A stretch of DNA of 64,000 nucleotides from Eutreptiella sp. 'Long Island Sound 2002'. Lineage: Eukaryota > Protista > Euglenida. The stretch spans positions 182,962,001 through 183,026,000 of the forward strand of contig OZ038378.1 in NCBI GenBank assembly GCA_964036045.1. Direction: 5' to 3'. The notes under the pieces are model-generated. The model did not search any database, was not told the DNA's origin, and saw only the letters and a program-made list of their open reading frames with translations. Both the position numbers and the translations under genes were made by a program. Below are positions 35,100-47,715 of this stretch, in pieces; position 1 is the stretch's first letter, and the number at the start of each line of letters is the position of its first letter.

Positions 35100-35440
35100 C
35101 CATTGAACATGGGTGGCAAAGCAGGTGAGCTCAAAGACGGCATGGCTGCAGATCTGACATTATGGGATCTGACAAGCTTACAGCTACTGCCGCACACCGA
35201 CCCACTCGGCCAGCTTGTCTTTGGCTCGCGCACCCAGGCACCTTTGGCAGGGTCTACGCTTGACTCATGCTGGGTGCGTCGTCTGCGTGTCATTGAGGGG
35301 GGCTCGCCCTGCGGCGTTGACCTGCTGAGGCTGCGGGAGCTATTGGCTGCAGCACAGCCGAAGTACTGTGACTCTGCAATCACCGACCCGGGAACGAGGG
35401 CGGCGACTGTGGCGGATGAGATTATGTACCGTGGCGTGAA
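35100..35440 (+). pseudogene. C-terminal fragment of a metal-dependent amidohydrolase (AtzA/TrzA/MTA-SAH deaminase-like)
   Basis: GKAGELKDGMAADLTLWDLTSLQLLPHTDPLGQLVFG...LDSCWV...GVDLLRLRELL matches the family's C-terminal G-x-L-x-x-G-x-x-ADL / P-x-x-DP / V-x-x-V-W-V pattern; the upstream frame has a stop and no N-terminal exons were found. Confidence 0.65.
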
Positions 35441-36361
35441 TGTCCGGAATGTTGATCAGTCCCCACGCCGCGTGCTATTCAGTTCCTATGGCACCCTGAT
35501 TCCTGGATGTTCAGCGAAAGGGAGCGACAAGAATGGACGCAGTTGCTGCCATCAAAGGCTCTGTTGATAAGCACCTCCTCCACCCAGGGGGGTACACAAA
35601 TGCCAAACCACATGCACTGCCGGGGTTTCAGTGCTGGTGCTAGTGGGTGTATCAACTCCCATCCGACTAGATCCCGCTGCCGCATGCTTCAGTACTGCAG
35701 GGTTGCTGGAATTTGATGCCGCAGGCATACCAACTTGCATGCGGGCATTGTTCTGGAATGCAAAGCACCGTCAGTAGTGTAGAGGCAAATTTTCTCTGTG
35801 TTTCCAGGTGCATTACATGGCGGCTGGAGACCAAACAATATCTGGAATTGTATTCAGGATCGTATTGCTGGTTTCGGCACAAATCACATCGGTTGATGAG
35901 CATGTCACATACGGGGTATTACCTATGGGTTGAGGCCAGGCGCACACTTGGTTTTTTGGATGGCGCTCAAGCGAAGCGCTGGACAGGGCAAGGGGCCAGA
36001 TTGGGTTGGCACATGTCATTGGTGGGCATCGTGGGCGAGAGACGCTTCCAGTGCCATTTTGTCAGCGCTAGCAAGTAGACTGTTCTGGAATATGTTCAAA
36101 AAAAAAATGTCTAAATATGTATAAAAAAAATGTCGGCCCCCCAAAGCGAGTGAAGACTAAGTCTGCTTGTCGGAGGCCCTCTCTGGTTGCAGCCCACTGG
36201 GATGGAGCTGGAAGCCCAGCCCCCTGCACCGCTGCCCCTGTGCGTATTCACCAGTCCTCAGTCCGCTCAAGTGACCTCACACGATGTCATCGTATCATCT
36301 TCATCTACATACTTCACAGCCAAAGTGGCCGGAGGCTTTTGTACACGTTGCTGAGCCTGGT

Positions 36362-39300
36362 ATGGGCCCCGGTCCAAAGCTCCTGTGCGCAACGGTGCTG
36401 GTGATCTTCCTGCTGTTGGGTCTTCACGCCGTCTTATCTGTGCCTTGGGCCCAGCGCTCCATCTCGCCGATGCCAGGCACTTCACACGCCATCGCCGCCT
36501 CGCAGCTGCGACCAGCGCTGGGCTGGTCCACGTGGAACACGTTCCGGTGTAACGTTAGCGAGTCCTTAGTGCTGCGAGTTGCCGATGCGCTCGTCGCGTC
36601 GGGCCTGCGTGACCGCGGCTTCAAGTACGTGAATATCGACGATTGTTGGATGGCGCGCACGCGCGGGCCGCGAGACGAGTGGCGCGCCGACCCGCAGAAG
36701 TTCCCGCGTGGCATGCGTTGGCTCGCCGATGCTCTACACGCGCGGGGCCTCAAGCTTGGGCTGTACTCGAGCGGGGGTGCGACCACGTGTGGCGGCTTTC
36801 CAGGGTCGTATGGCCACGAGGTCGTCTGCCCTCCTCCCTCGGCTCCCGCCCCTCCCTGCCTCGCTCACTCACCCCGCGGGAGGCTTTGAAGGGCACGGCG
36901 CGTGTACACCGCCCCAAAACTGCGGCTCTGAGTCCTTCCCAGGCGCTATCCTCTGCCCTCGGTTGCTCTTCAACACCTCAGAGACTACGGCTGGTGGAGA
37001 GGCTAGAGCACATGGATTAAGTGCTACACGCCGTGCGCGCGCGGTGCGTGTGTTGGGGTGATTTTGTAGACCACCTGTTCGACAGTGAAGTGCATGTGTT
37101 TCCAAGCTGAAAAGGTATTACCATTGCACATACTGCAGTGTACCCCCTTACAGTTTCACCCATGTGTCTTTCATGGCTTCCTGCGGGCATCACTGGCACC
37201 TGCACTCGATCAAATGGTGATAGGGTGCCTGTCACCGTCATCTCCGCCTCCGATTGTGGGCAGAACATGAGCATCAAGTAACCAAGGAGCCAAGGAATGA
37301 CTTTCTCCATAGTTCCAGCACGTTACGCGGTGACGTTACCCCGTGGTTGTGCCGTGTTCTCGCCTTCCCTCGCATTGCCTTCGCTGGATTCTGCTATGGG
37401 CTGTCAGGGGGCCAGCCACAACTCCTGTGTCCCAGGGTACCGCCTCCACAAGCTTACACCATCCATCCATCCATCCCTCCCCCATCGGGGGGGCAAGGGG
37501 GGCGGCCTGTTCGAATTCCACACCCCCCCCCCTCCAGACCCCCCCCAAAGTTTTCGAACCCGTCTTTCTCCAATTTGAGATTTGGGGGGAAAGGGTCGGC
37601 GCCAGAGGCGCCGAAATTTTTTTTTCCCTTCCTGAGGGGGTATTTTCTTTTTTACCCCACGTGTCTATACTCAAAATACTCAGAATTTGGTGGAGAATTC
37701 AAAAATGTTTGAAAAACACAGAACATTTTTTGACCCCTGACCTGACCTCCAGGTCTGACCTTGGCTGATGGGAGCTTGAGCTAATGGGCAAATTTTTCTG
37801 AAAATTTTTTTGCCCCATTTGTGTATGTTCAAAATGATCAGCGCGTCATGGGGATCATTTTGAGGTATGTATGTCGGGGTACCCACTGACCCCCCTCTAG
37901 GGACCCTGGCGGCTGACCGGCCGACCCACCTCCCCTCCCCCCCCCTCCAGACCCCCAAAAGTTTTCGCACCCGGTTGGGGTCTAGAATTTGAACAGGCCG
38001 AACCCGTTGGGGGGGGGGGGGTCACTTTGACAAAAAAGCAAAGGAAACACCCGGCACCGAAGGCGCCGAAGAAAATTTTTCTTTAGGTCATATTGGAAGT
38101 GCTGCAGTTTTAGTGTAACCAGTGTGTGGGGCAATCCCCCAGGGAGGGGGGGGGGGGGCACAGTCACTTCATGACCCCCCCCCCATGGGTGGGACCGGCC
38201 TGACAGTATGGGGGGATTACAAGAGGGGAGGGTATGATCCCCCCCCCAGCGGCATTACCAACGCCCTTGTTGGGACAACAGTAGGTGTCATTTCTGTATC
38301 TTTTCCATCGGTCGAATTTGGCGGTGCCTTTTTCTCTTTGTTCGTGCAGATCAAGCTTTTCCTTGATTCCATGATTCGAGGCCGGGGATGGTATTTCAGG
38401 GATGTTGATTACTGCCCTGCCACTTTTTGCCCCTTCCTTTAGGATGTGACTTGCTTCCAATTCATAGACATGGCTGTCTAGCCTCGGGCCTCAATGATGC
38501 ACTGCTTTGCTGCTGGTGCCATTTCACAGTGCAGACATACAACACCCTCGTCAGAACAAGAGGAGGTTTTGGTTCCATCAGTATTTTTGCAGTCCAAGAC
38601 ACGCCGCATCTCACGCTAATCAGGGGATATGATGGCAACGTCATCAACCTATGCCGGGATGGTACTCATAGGGAACTTCCGCACTAGCATTGTGTGGAGC
38701 GCATGGGACGATTAATGTTGGCAACAGTAGGCATCCTTCTTTGACGCTGCACAGCAACGAGAAGCACTAGTCCCCATACAACCCTTGGTAAATGGTGGCC
38801 ACCAAGGCCCGTATGTGTTCAAGGGCCACAAACAGCCGATACCATTCAATGATTGGATTTGGCTTGCTAGGATACGCTTTGGTGATTTCCGAACACCATG
38901 GCCCCATCCGTGTGTTGGTGCAATTTCAAGGTCGTGCACAAGGCTTGTTGCGATGTAGTGTGCCCCCGTGTGCTCCCTGCTTCTTGATTGTGTGTCGGAC
39001 AACGCGGTTGCAATAGGGTCTCGCAAACGGATAAGTATGAGGCACGCCGGTATCCCTTACATGCCCGTGGGCACGCTAATGGGACTGCAGCTTCTAGCTT
39101 GTTGCCGTGGTCCGTTTTTGTATATCCTGGATATGCGCGCGGTCAGCTAGTGTTGGGGGACGGTGCGTTGAATCTAGGCATGACACGCCGCCATGTTGAG
39201 GTCCCATGCAATTCCCCAGGCAGCCACCGGTCTAGGTGGGGGGGCCACATGCCTAGTGCTTTTCTGTTGGGTTTCTCCATATCTAAGGAGAGCACTCCAT

Positions 39301-42300
39301 TCATCATGCACTAAAGTACCTAGAACACACGTAGGGTAATGTTCAACTCGCATGCCGGCCTGTTTTGAGCAGCTCGAGCGATACACAGACGATACACAGA
39401 CTTTGAACCGCCGTATCTTAGACAAGGCCCCCTCCCCCTTGCACAAGTACGGGGGAAGTAAAGAACTGGACTGTGAGATGGGGTCACCGTATTTGGCATT
39501 GGGGATCTGCAACCTTGGTTCCAAGTTGCCAAGTTGCAAAATGCTATTCCATCGGCAGAAGAGTATCCGCGGCCGCGTCCTACTACAGCTAAGTGGCCGC
39601 ATATGTACCCGCCTCCAGGGCCGCTGCCCGGTCAACCACACTGAGGTGAGGTGGGGCCGGCTATGAGCACTCTTGTGAGGCCGCTCTCTCACCCCGCAAA
39701 GCATAGTCCACCACGCACAAGAGCGCACATGCCACACAACACGGACAGTGGTACGCGCTATGCAAGCAGGTAGGTGCATTGGGCGGAAACCAAGTGGATC
39801 ACCAACAAGATGTCCAAGGATGTCCAATTTGCATGATGCGCTGTGGGTGTCCTCCATGCTACAGTGGGCTAGGGGCACCATATCTGTGAGCGTCTCGAGG
39901 CACCGCAGTACTAGTGTCCGCTGCCATGGCCGCCGCCACTTGATAGACACACCGGGTGGGATGGTATGTCATGGCCAACTCCGTACCTCCGGTACCTCAG
40001 CAATGAGTCTAGCCGTGGTCGTGAGCAACAAGCCGACAACCGCGTGGATGTCACGGGGTGAGCGCCTGCCCGGCAAGAACTGCCCCCGTTTGGGCGACTG
40101 CCACGTGGTGCACAATACACGGCAACCCCCTCACAAATGGCGAGTGCGAGTCGGTCCCACGCCAGGACCGACACGCCAGGACGCCGCTAGTGAGATCTAA
40201 GGGTGAATTAAGTACTGGCCAGGCCACTGGCCAAATGGCAAATAAACGCGTTTATGCGTTTATTTTTCGAAAAACGCCCTTTTTTGGGGGGATAATCGTT
40301 GTTTATCGGCGTTCATTGGTGTTTATTGACATTCTTGCATATATTGCTGATGGTTTCTGTACCTTGTGTGACGTAATTTTAGAGCATTTGTGCATTTGTG
40401 CATGTTTGAGGGTACCAAAGTTAGAATGTGGTGCAGGGAAGGGTGAATAGTATTGTGTGTCGGCCAGCATGGTGCATCATAGCGGGAAGATCTAGCATGT
40501 GGCTCATGGCATGAAAGGACACACGGACACACCATATACACTCATTCATGCCCCGCATTCATGGCATGTGCATGTGTGCATGTGTGTCATTAACATTTTC
40601 TATTGTTCCGTATATCCCTTTGTCAGACTCTCTTTCCCTTCCTCATTGTTCTCATGGGTTCTAACGTATGGATGCGCCCACTTGGCCCGGTTGTAGCTGA
40701 GGAGCCGGCGTCCATGGTTGTCGCTAGGCCCGCGCGTCCGCAGCCGGCAGCCACACCCACTTTGGCATCATTTGGGCTGACTGCTGTGCGTTGCGCTTGT
40801 TGCGGTGCGAACATATGTGGTGTGCGACACTCTTGCACCAGGTGTAATGCGACTGTCGACGAGGCTTGTATGGCCCGTGTCAGCACCGAGGTACACTGCT
40901 TCACATGCACGTGTCGGGCTTGCAGGCGTGCACTAAGCGGCCACTTGGTGCAATGCCGGAAGTGCAACTTGCGGGTGCATGGTGAATGCACCACAGATGG
41001 CCTTTGCACCCTTTGTAGTACCGCATGCGCTTCCAGTGGGACAAGGTATAACGTGATTGTGCCTTACCATGCGAGTTGCCACAGGTGTGACCTAGCCTTC
41101 AAGGCCGCCATGCAACTTGACCACGCGTTTTTGGATCTTTTGGCAGATACCCTGCAATCTGCCGCGTCATTTTGGAATAACGCCCCCTCTAGGCTAAAGA
41201 CCTTGCAGGTTGTTGCACAGAGTCTTGAGGCGGCATGCACACTTCCGCTCGGAATTTGACTGTGACAGTCTGCAAGTGATTTTTTCAAATTGCTTTATTG
41301 CTTGTATACCATGTGCACAATGTCATCTTCTCAATCATTGTTCCACTGTTTGCAGGTGAAACGTACAAAGTGTGATGGTATGTTTAAAAAATGAACCATC
41401 GGGCAATGCGGATGAAAACAACCTCAAGGAAATAGCTAGCGCAAATGAACTTGCAAAAAGCATCAGGTAATAAGCAGTTTTACACTTTTTGACAAAAAAC
41501 ACAAAAAAACCAAAGAGCAGTGTGTATTTCAAGGCAATGTGGATGAAAACAACCGGAAGGACATAGGAAGCGCAAATGAACTGGCAAAAAACATCAGGTA
41601 ATAAGCATTTTTGACACTTTTTGACAAAAAAAACACAAAAAAACCAAAGAGCAGTGTGTATTTCAAGGCAATTTGGATGAAAACAACCTCAAGCAAGTAG
41701 GAAGTGCAAATGACCTTGCAAAAAGCATCAGTTAATTGGCAAAAATGACAAAAAAACACAAAATAAACAAAAGTAAACATTGAAATCAATACTTTACTGG
41801 CCACTGGCCAAAAACCCTTTGGCCAGTGTTTAATTCACCCTTGGTCAGATCTAGCACACCAACTGGGACCGCATCAGGGCATGGCCTACCCGGACCATTG
41901 GCCCACTTGACATCCAAGGCATGGCACAATGGTGCATGGGTGTAGCAACATACATTAAAGTCACTCGGACGTCCACGAGCAACTCCCCATCAAGGGGCTA
42001 GCACAATGATGTTTCCCCACCAGCATAGGTTGTAGTCACTTAAGCGTCTAGAGTGTCCCTCAATGCTTGTGTGTGCCTACCCGATAGTGTGCGGCCGTCC
42101 CTATGACTTGGCGTCTGCTAGGGCGGACCCCATTTTGTGGTTTTGTGTCCACTCCCCGCGCCCTGGCGTTCCAGCACGTTACGCGGTGCGCGCGCAGTGC
42201 AGGTAGTCCCCATGAATTGTGTACCCATGATGTCAGGTCCGAACACATGAGTCGACCGGTGCCGGGAGTACGCCACGGCATCCGAACACACCTGACGACC

Positions 42301-45300
42301 CCATGGTCGAGAACTCGCAATCCGCATTCCGGCACTGATGGTGGGAAACGCCTGGTGATGCGCTGAGTGGTACCCACCCCCCCCCCGAGAGAACAACGCC
42401 CACGTCAGAACAGGTGAGGTGTTGTTGCCGCACCTTTTGGAACCATAAAACTTTGGCGGTTCCTTTTCTGGTTGTCTGTGAAGATCAAGGTTTTCCTGTG
42501 ATTCGGGGCTACTGCTACTTTTCGCCCCTCCCTTCAGTGTGGGATTTTGACGCACCTCCAAATAGACATGGTTGTCTGGGCCTCAATGATGCATTGCTTT
42601 GCTGCTGGTGTCTTTTCACAATGTGCGCAAACACCGCTCTTGCTAGAACGATAGGAGGTGTTGTTTCCGCCATTTTCAGCACTTTTAGCGTTGTTCTCGC
42701 GCGCGCGGGGGCGGGGGGTTTGGCACAAGGCCTTGGTATTAGGTTGTTTGCCTTTGGCGGCGCCTGTTGGCCTCTCACCACTGCTCATTCGGACCCTCTG
42801 TGGGTCCAAACGTGTTTTGGTTGTGTCAACGGAGCCCCTGGATGACTTGTCCTGTTTGACTGCTCCAGGTTCGGCTGTCCCAGAGACGGGCTGTTGCCCG
42901 TGCCGTTGACCAGGTGCATCCAGATGCACACTCCGAGTCCATTGTGGGTTTGCCGACTCCAGCACTGACTTGTGCGCGCTGGGGTGTGCATCTGCAGGAT
43001 AATTTTCCTGATCGGGGCTTCTAACAACTACAATGATTCTTTCCCTTTTGTCCTTTCCTTCTCCTCCTTCTGCGCTCTGCACCGTTTTCGGCGAGTGGGG
43101 TCTGCCCTGTCCTGTTACCTCCCCTTGTTCGTCCCTTTCCCCATGCCCAGTTTCCTCTGGGCCCTCCCTATTCTTTCTGCCCTGGGGAGCATTTAGTGGC
43201 GGGGGAGCGTGTTGCTGTGGGGAGGGCGTAGAGGAGGGGGAGTGGCAGTGGGTTCATCACACCCTGTCCCCTCATTCCCCTTGAGGAGGAAAATCCTGGC
43301 TCAAGGGGGCTCCATGTTGGTGTCGGTGTGCTTGGTGTTGGTGGTTTTGGCCACTTGCTTTGTGGGGGGGTATGGTGGTCAGCCCGGACAGCACGTGGAG
43401 GAACAGGGCACCTGGGCCTCACAGAAACACAGCGAGGCAGGCTATGGACGGCCTGTGGACAGAGGTGTGTGGACAGCAAAAACAGTCAAACGACCCCGGC
43501 AACAACCAGCACATCATCAATGCGCCAATGATTGCCTGCTGCTGACGCGCAAACAGCACACCATGCCACATTCAGCACAGCCCCAACACACCAACTACTG
43601 GGCTCCGCGAACGCGGAAACGACACCAGCAAGAGCACCGGACGCAGCGGCCAACAGAAAGCAGCGACCCGACGCAACATGCGAAGGGAAGAACGGGTGAC
43701 CGTCCAGGGCCCCGTAAAGGAGCAACAACCAGACGGAATGTCACACAGGGGGGGGGGGTTACACAGAAACTGGGGTGGGGGTAGGGGCAAACCTTCGGCC
43801 TCGAATTTTTTTTGGGGGGCAAATGAAAGTCACCGCTTGTTTCCTGTTTCCGCCAATTTTAAGAGCTGCAGTGCCTCGCTTGTGAGCATTTTTGTCTGAA
43901 CATCTGAACATAGGCCCCCCCTTGCACTGGCGTCGACTACGTTGGCATGTCTGCCGCGGTGTTCATTGGGGGTGGTTTGGACGAGGACGGGGACATTTGT
44001 TGTGTTCTGTTCAGTGGTCAACAATCCAAGATGAAGCAATTGATGTGGAGATGGGTTTCCTTCAAGTTGAAGCATCACTTCAAAATTTTTTCGGCACAAA
44101 TCTTCACACAACCAAAAATCACCGCGAAGTCCCCCCGCCGCCCCCGATGAATTATGCCCCGAAATACCCTTCAACACCTGCCGTTTACCCTCCAGCCACT
44201 GCACCGCAGCCCCTCCTGCAGCAACCCCTCCTCCCACTCTGTCCACTCAGCGCCAGGACGCACAACTGATGGCGTCATGGCACGTGGATCTCCTCAAGTA
44301 CGACTTCTGCGGCAAGCGGCCGTCCAACGTGACTGCCGAGGAGGTCTACCGCCGCATGGCGCAGGCACTGCACGAAGCCGGCCGCCCCGTCGTACTGCTC
44401 GCGTGCTCGTGGGGCCAGGGCGAGCCTTCGAAGTGGGTGCGCGAAGTGGGGGCTCTCGCGCGCGCGGGTGCGACGGTGCACCCGGAGGATGGCGCGGCGC
44501 TGGCGGCGCCGAGCTGGCGCACCGGGACGGACCTGTGGGCGGTCTTCGACCAGCAGCAGCAGTGCGAGCGCGGCGTCGCGGCGGTGTACAACTCCATCGC
44601 GAGCACGTCCGACTGCTACGCGGACGCCCGGGCCTGCGGCGCGGGGCTTTCCCCCGGGGCCGACCGTCTCCCCGGGGTCGGCGACCCGGACATGCTCGTG
44701 GCCGGCATGGACGCGATGACCGTCGATGAGAGCGCGGGCGTTGTCGGCCGCCCGGGTGCGTCGACCGCCCCGCTCTCGCCCGACGAGTCCACGGCCCACG
44801 TGCGGCTGTGGGCGATGTGGTCCGCGCCGCTAATCATCTCCGTCGACGTCCGGGAGCAATGGCGGGCGCGGGCCTACCAGTCGCGGGCGCTCGTGTACAT
44901 CGACCAGCACGGCGCGCCCGCGACGCGCCTGCGGCAACTGCGGGGCACCCCTGCGGGCCTGACCGGGGACGTGGGCACACCGCAGCCGCGATGTGCCGGG
45001 GCCCGCGCACCGGCGGTCATGGACGTGTGGCGCAAGCGTCTGGATAGCGCCACCGCGGTGCTTCTGTTTGTGAACCGGGCCCCTTTTGCGATTGCGCCCA
45101 CGCTCCTTCTGTCCGACCTCCCACCCGATTGGTGTCCGCGCGAAGGTGCGGGCCGCGCCATGCCGTCGCACATCGCCTCCCAAGTGCTCGATGACCCGCC
45201 GCTTGCCCTGGCTACAGCAAAGGTGCTCAAGAATCTTAGTGAGGCGCTGGCGGCCCCACCCGCAGCGCCCGGTGAGCAGCCCCCCGCTGTGCGCCTGCCC

Positions 45301-45378
45301 CCCGTGCGCAAGCATGCGTCGCTGTGGCTGGCCCTGTCGGTGGTCAAGGGTGAATGGTTCGCCTGGGCCCACACATAG
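36362..45378 (+). CDS. Alpha-galactosidase, glycoside hydrolase family 27: join(36362..36820,44251..45378)
   Basis: Signal/anchor helix, PALGWSTWNTF, YVNIDDCW, KFPRGMRWLADALHARGLKLGLYS, GFPGSYGHE|RQDAQLMASWHVDLLKYDFC, WRTGTDL, DPDML, LWAMWSAPLIIS. 7430-nt phase-0 GT-AG intron at 36821-44250. Confidence 0.92.
40199..41842. mobile_element. 1.64-kb TIR element nested in the element above
   Basis: AAGGGTGAATTAAGTACTGGCCA (40199-) vs TGGCCAGTGTTTAATTCACCCTT (-41842); CTAG occurs just outside both ends; the flanks read as continuous sequence when the element is removed. Confidence 0.7.
40654..41259 (+). CDS. Tandem PHD-like zinc-finger protein (201 aa) inside the TIR element
   Basis: CACC...CTRC...DEAC...CFTC followed by CRAC...CRKC...VHGEC...CTLC (C4HC3 spacing in the second finger); intact intronless ORF. 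Confidence 0.65.
   Translation: MGSNVWMRPLGPVVAEEPASMVVARPARPQPAATPTLASFGLTAVRCACCGANICGVRHSCTRCNATVDEACMARVSTEVHCFTCTCRACRRALSGHLVQCRKCNLRVHGECTTDGLCTLCSTACASSGTRYNVIVPYHASCHRCDLAFKAAMQLDHAFLDLLADTLQSAASFWNNAPSRLKTLQVVAQSLEAACTLPLGI
42722..43083. repeat. Dispersed repeat family G (~360 bp), copy 1
   Basis: Highly similar to 54576-54934 (gtgtcaacggagcccctggatgacttgtcctgtttgactgctccagg...). Confidence 0.92.
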
Positions 45379-46729
45379 TGACGCGGGTGCGTGCCGGTTT
45401 GAAGGCGACACAATGTATCGTCTATATTGTGGAGCACGCGACGTTATTCGCCGCCGTGGTGCCGGTGCCTCCGCTGGACGCCTGCCAAGAGGTGGATGGC
45501 GGGTTCAGGGTCTTGACTGCGGGATACGACGTTGTTCTGAGGGTGTCCACTGCAGCGTGCAGCTTGAGCTACAGGCGCGGGGGGGGGAATTTCGTGGGAC
45601 CATTTTGTCTTTAAGGAAGGTGGCGAAATTTTCCCCTGGCGAAATATAGGGGGTGTCGGCAGAGCAGAGTTCGTCTGCACATCTACACAGTGTGTTCTTC
45701 ACAGGACTTCCTTGAGGGCTACCACCCAGCGCCGACACACGGAAGCAGGAAGGGCACACCCTGACTCACGCCACTGTTCACTCAAGGAAGACCCATGCCA
45801 CCTGCTGCGGCCACCACCGCACGCCATACGGATGGCGCTGGGGTCTACACAGGGGCGTTGCCCACCCGCACAAAACCTGACCGACGGGCGTTTGAAGGCC
45901 TGGGCATCGCCGAGGATGGCGGAGGCGGTTGGGAGCGGGCCATACCGACCGGCCGAAGTGTTGTGCCGTGCGATGCTTTTTTTCTCTGGAAAGCAACCCC
46001 CGCGGTCCCGCGCCGAGTCTCTCCTGCCTGGGCCCGGACCGAACAGTGGGGGAGGGGGGTTGTGCAGGGATGCGGCAAATTTCGGGGTGGGGGGCCATTT
46101 CGCCGCCCTTGGGAATCCCCAATCCCCAGCTGCCTCACGCACACCCGAACATGCAAGCCAATGATGCGTTCAGGGTCATGCCATTTGGACATCGCATTGC
46201 CGCTGAAAGCAGCGTGAGTTCACAGCATTCCAAAGAATCCGCTGTTCCAGACACTTGCCCAAAAAGTATGAAAAACTATGGAAACAAATGCAGACTGTCG
46301 CCTGCGAGGCAAACAGTTTGGCACACAAGTGTCTTCTGCGACCCCCCTTCATTTCAATCCTTCTCAGGCATGAACGGGCTGCTGTTGGCAAGCCCGCCGC
46401 CCAGGGGAAGGGGGGAGGGAGGGAGGACCCGCTCACCCCCACCCCCTCCGCTCTTAAGCGGGTGTGGGCCGTTTTCCAGCTGGGGGAAAGTTTTTGCTCC
46501 GTGTGTTTGGCACATGTCAAAGAGTATTGAATTATTGTTCTACATCTGCCCGATGTTCATTATCTTGTAGATGGTACCTGCACGCCCCTTTACCTCCCCT
46601 CACCTTGACCAACCAGGGTTGTATGCTGCAGCATGCCGCAATGAAATGCAGCGTGCCGCAGTGAGAAAAAATTTTCTATGCGACTGCTGAGGCTTGTTGA
46701 AGGCTTATTGGGTTGCTCAAGTAACATGG

Positions 46730-47715
46730 TACCGTGCCAATATTAATTTAATTATTTGCGAAAGCAATTGATTCGCGCCACAAGGTGTTGTTTTGCCAAA
46801 AAGAAAACGCAAAAAAAAGAAATTAATTTTCAGCTGCATGCCCTTCGCAAAAATTGGTTCTGCAAAAAAAAAATTGCAAAGTGTGCTTTTCGTCCGCACC
46901 CCCCTTCTGACTTGAACATACTTGTGCTGCATGGTGCATTCCTTCCCCAAGCCTGCTGATTCTTTCATGGGGGGGGGGGTGTTTTGTACACTGGTGGCAA
47001 CGGGGCTACGATTGGGGGCATGGTGGTCAAAGACCACGGGAATGGCCAATGGGATATTCAGTTCCAACAGGAGGGCATTTCCGTGCCTGGAGCCAAATTG
47101 CAAATTGCAAAGGTGAGGCTTTCGTTGTTCATGGTATTTCTCTTTTGCAGCCCTGTACAGTGTTGTATTGCTTGCTGTTGTATGCTCCTGCACAGCTTTC
47201 TGGGCCATTGTTTCAGCATTTGATGTGCCTTGCACACTATTATCGACGAACTGGTTTTGTGAAAAAGCGGTAGGGCCATATTGCAGATTGCATTGGTGTT
47301 TCAGCATTCCATGTACCATGAGCACCAGTATGGACGAATTTGCAACTGGTTCATTGAAAAACTGGTCGGCCTGAATCATCTGACATTTGCTGGTTGGTGC
47401 TTCTGTGCTTTGGACTGCAATCCCAGAATCCAATTGATCCACATTTGTATGCATGCGTAGGAATGGATTGCAATCCCAGGGTCCAAGGTACCCCAGGTCC
47501 AGGAGGCCAAACGCAAAAGTAAAAAAGCCAAAATAAAAACAAATTGACTCAGTGTGCCAAAAACAGCTGCACAAAACTGATTCCCATGGGAAAATCGCAA
47601 AAATAGAATATTTTTCCCCTACTTTTGGTGCTGTTGCAAAAATTTTGCGGAAATAAAAATTCAAAACACCCAGCAAAAAAATTAGTATTCCGCAAAATAT
47701 ACATATTGGCAACAT
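46730..47715. mobile_element. Decayed MITE-like copy related to 56061-57350
   Basis: Starts TACCGTGCCAAT and ends ttccgcaaaatatacatattggca; internal blocks (ggactgcaatcccag..., gccaaattgcaaattgca) are shared with 56830-57330. Confidence 0.7.

Larger units (their letters stand above)
38464..42660. mobile_element. ~4.2-kb segment bounded by ~100-bp imperfect direct repeats (38464-38567, 42562-42660), with decayed minus-strand coding-like content
   Basis: atagacatgg(c/t)tgtct...gggcctcaatgatgca(c/t)tgctttgctgctggtg...ttcaca(g/a)tg at both ends; lies inside the GH27 intron. Confidence 0.4.
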
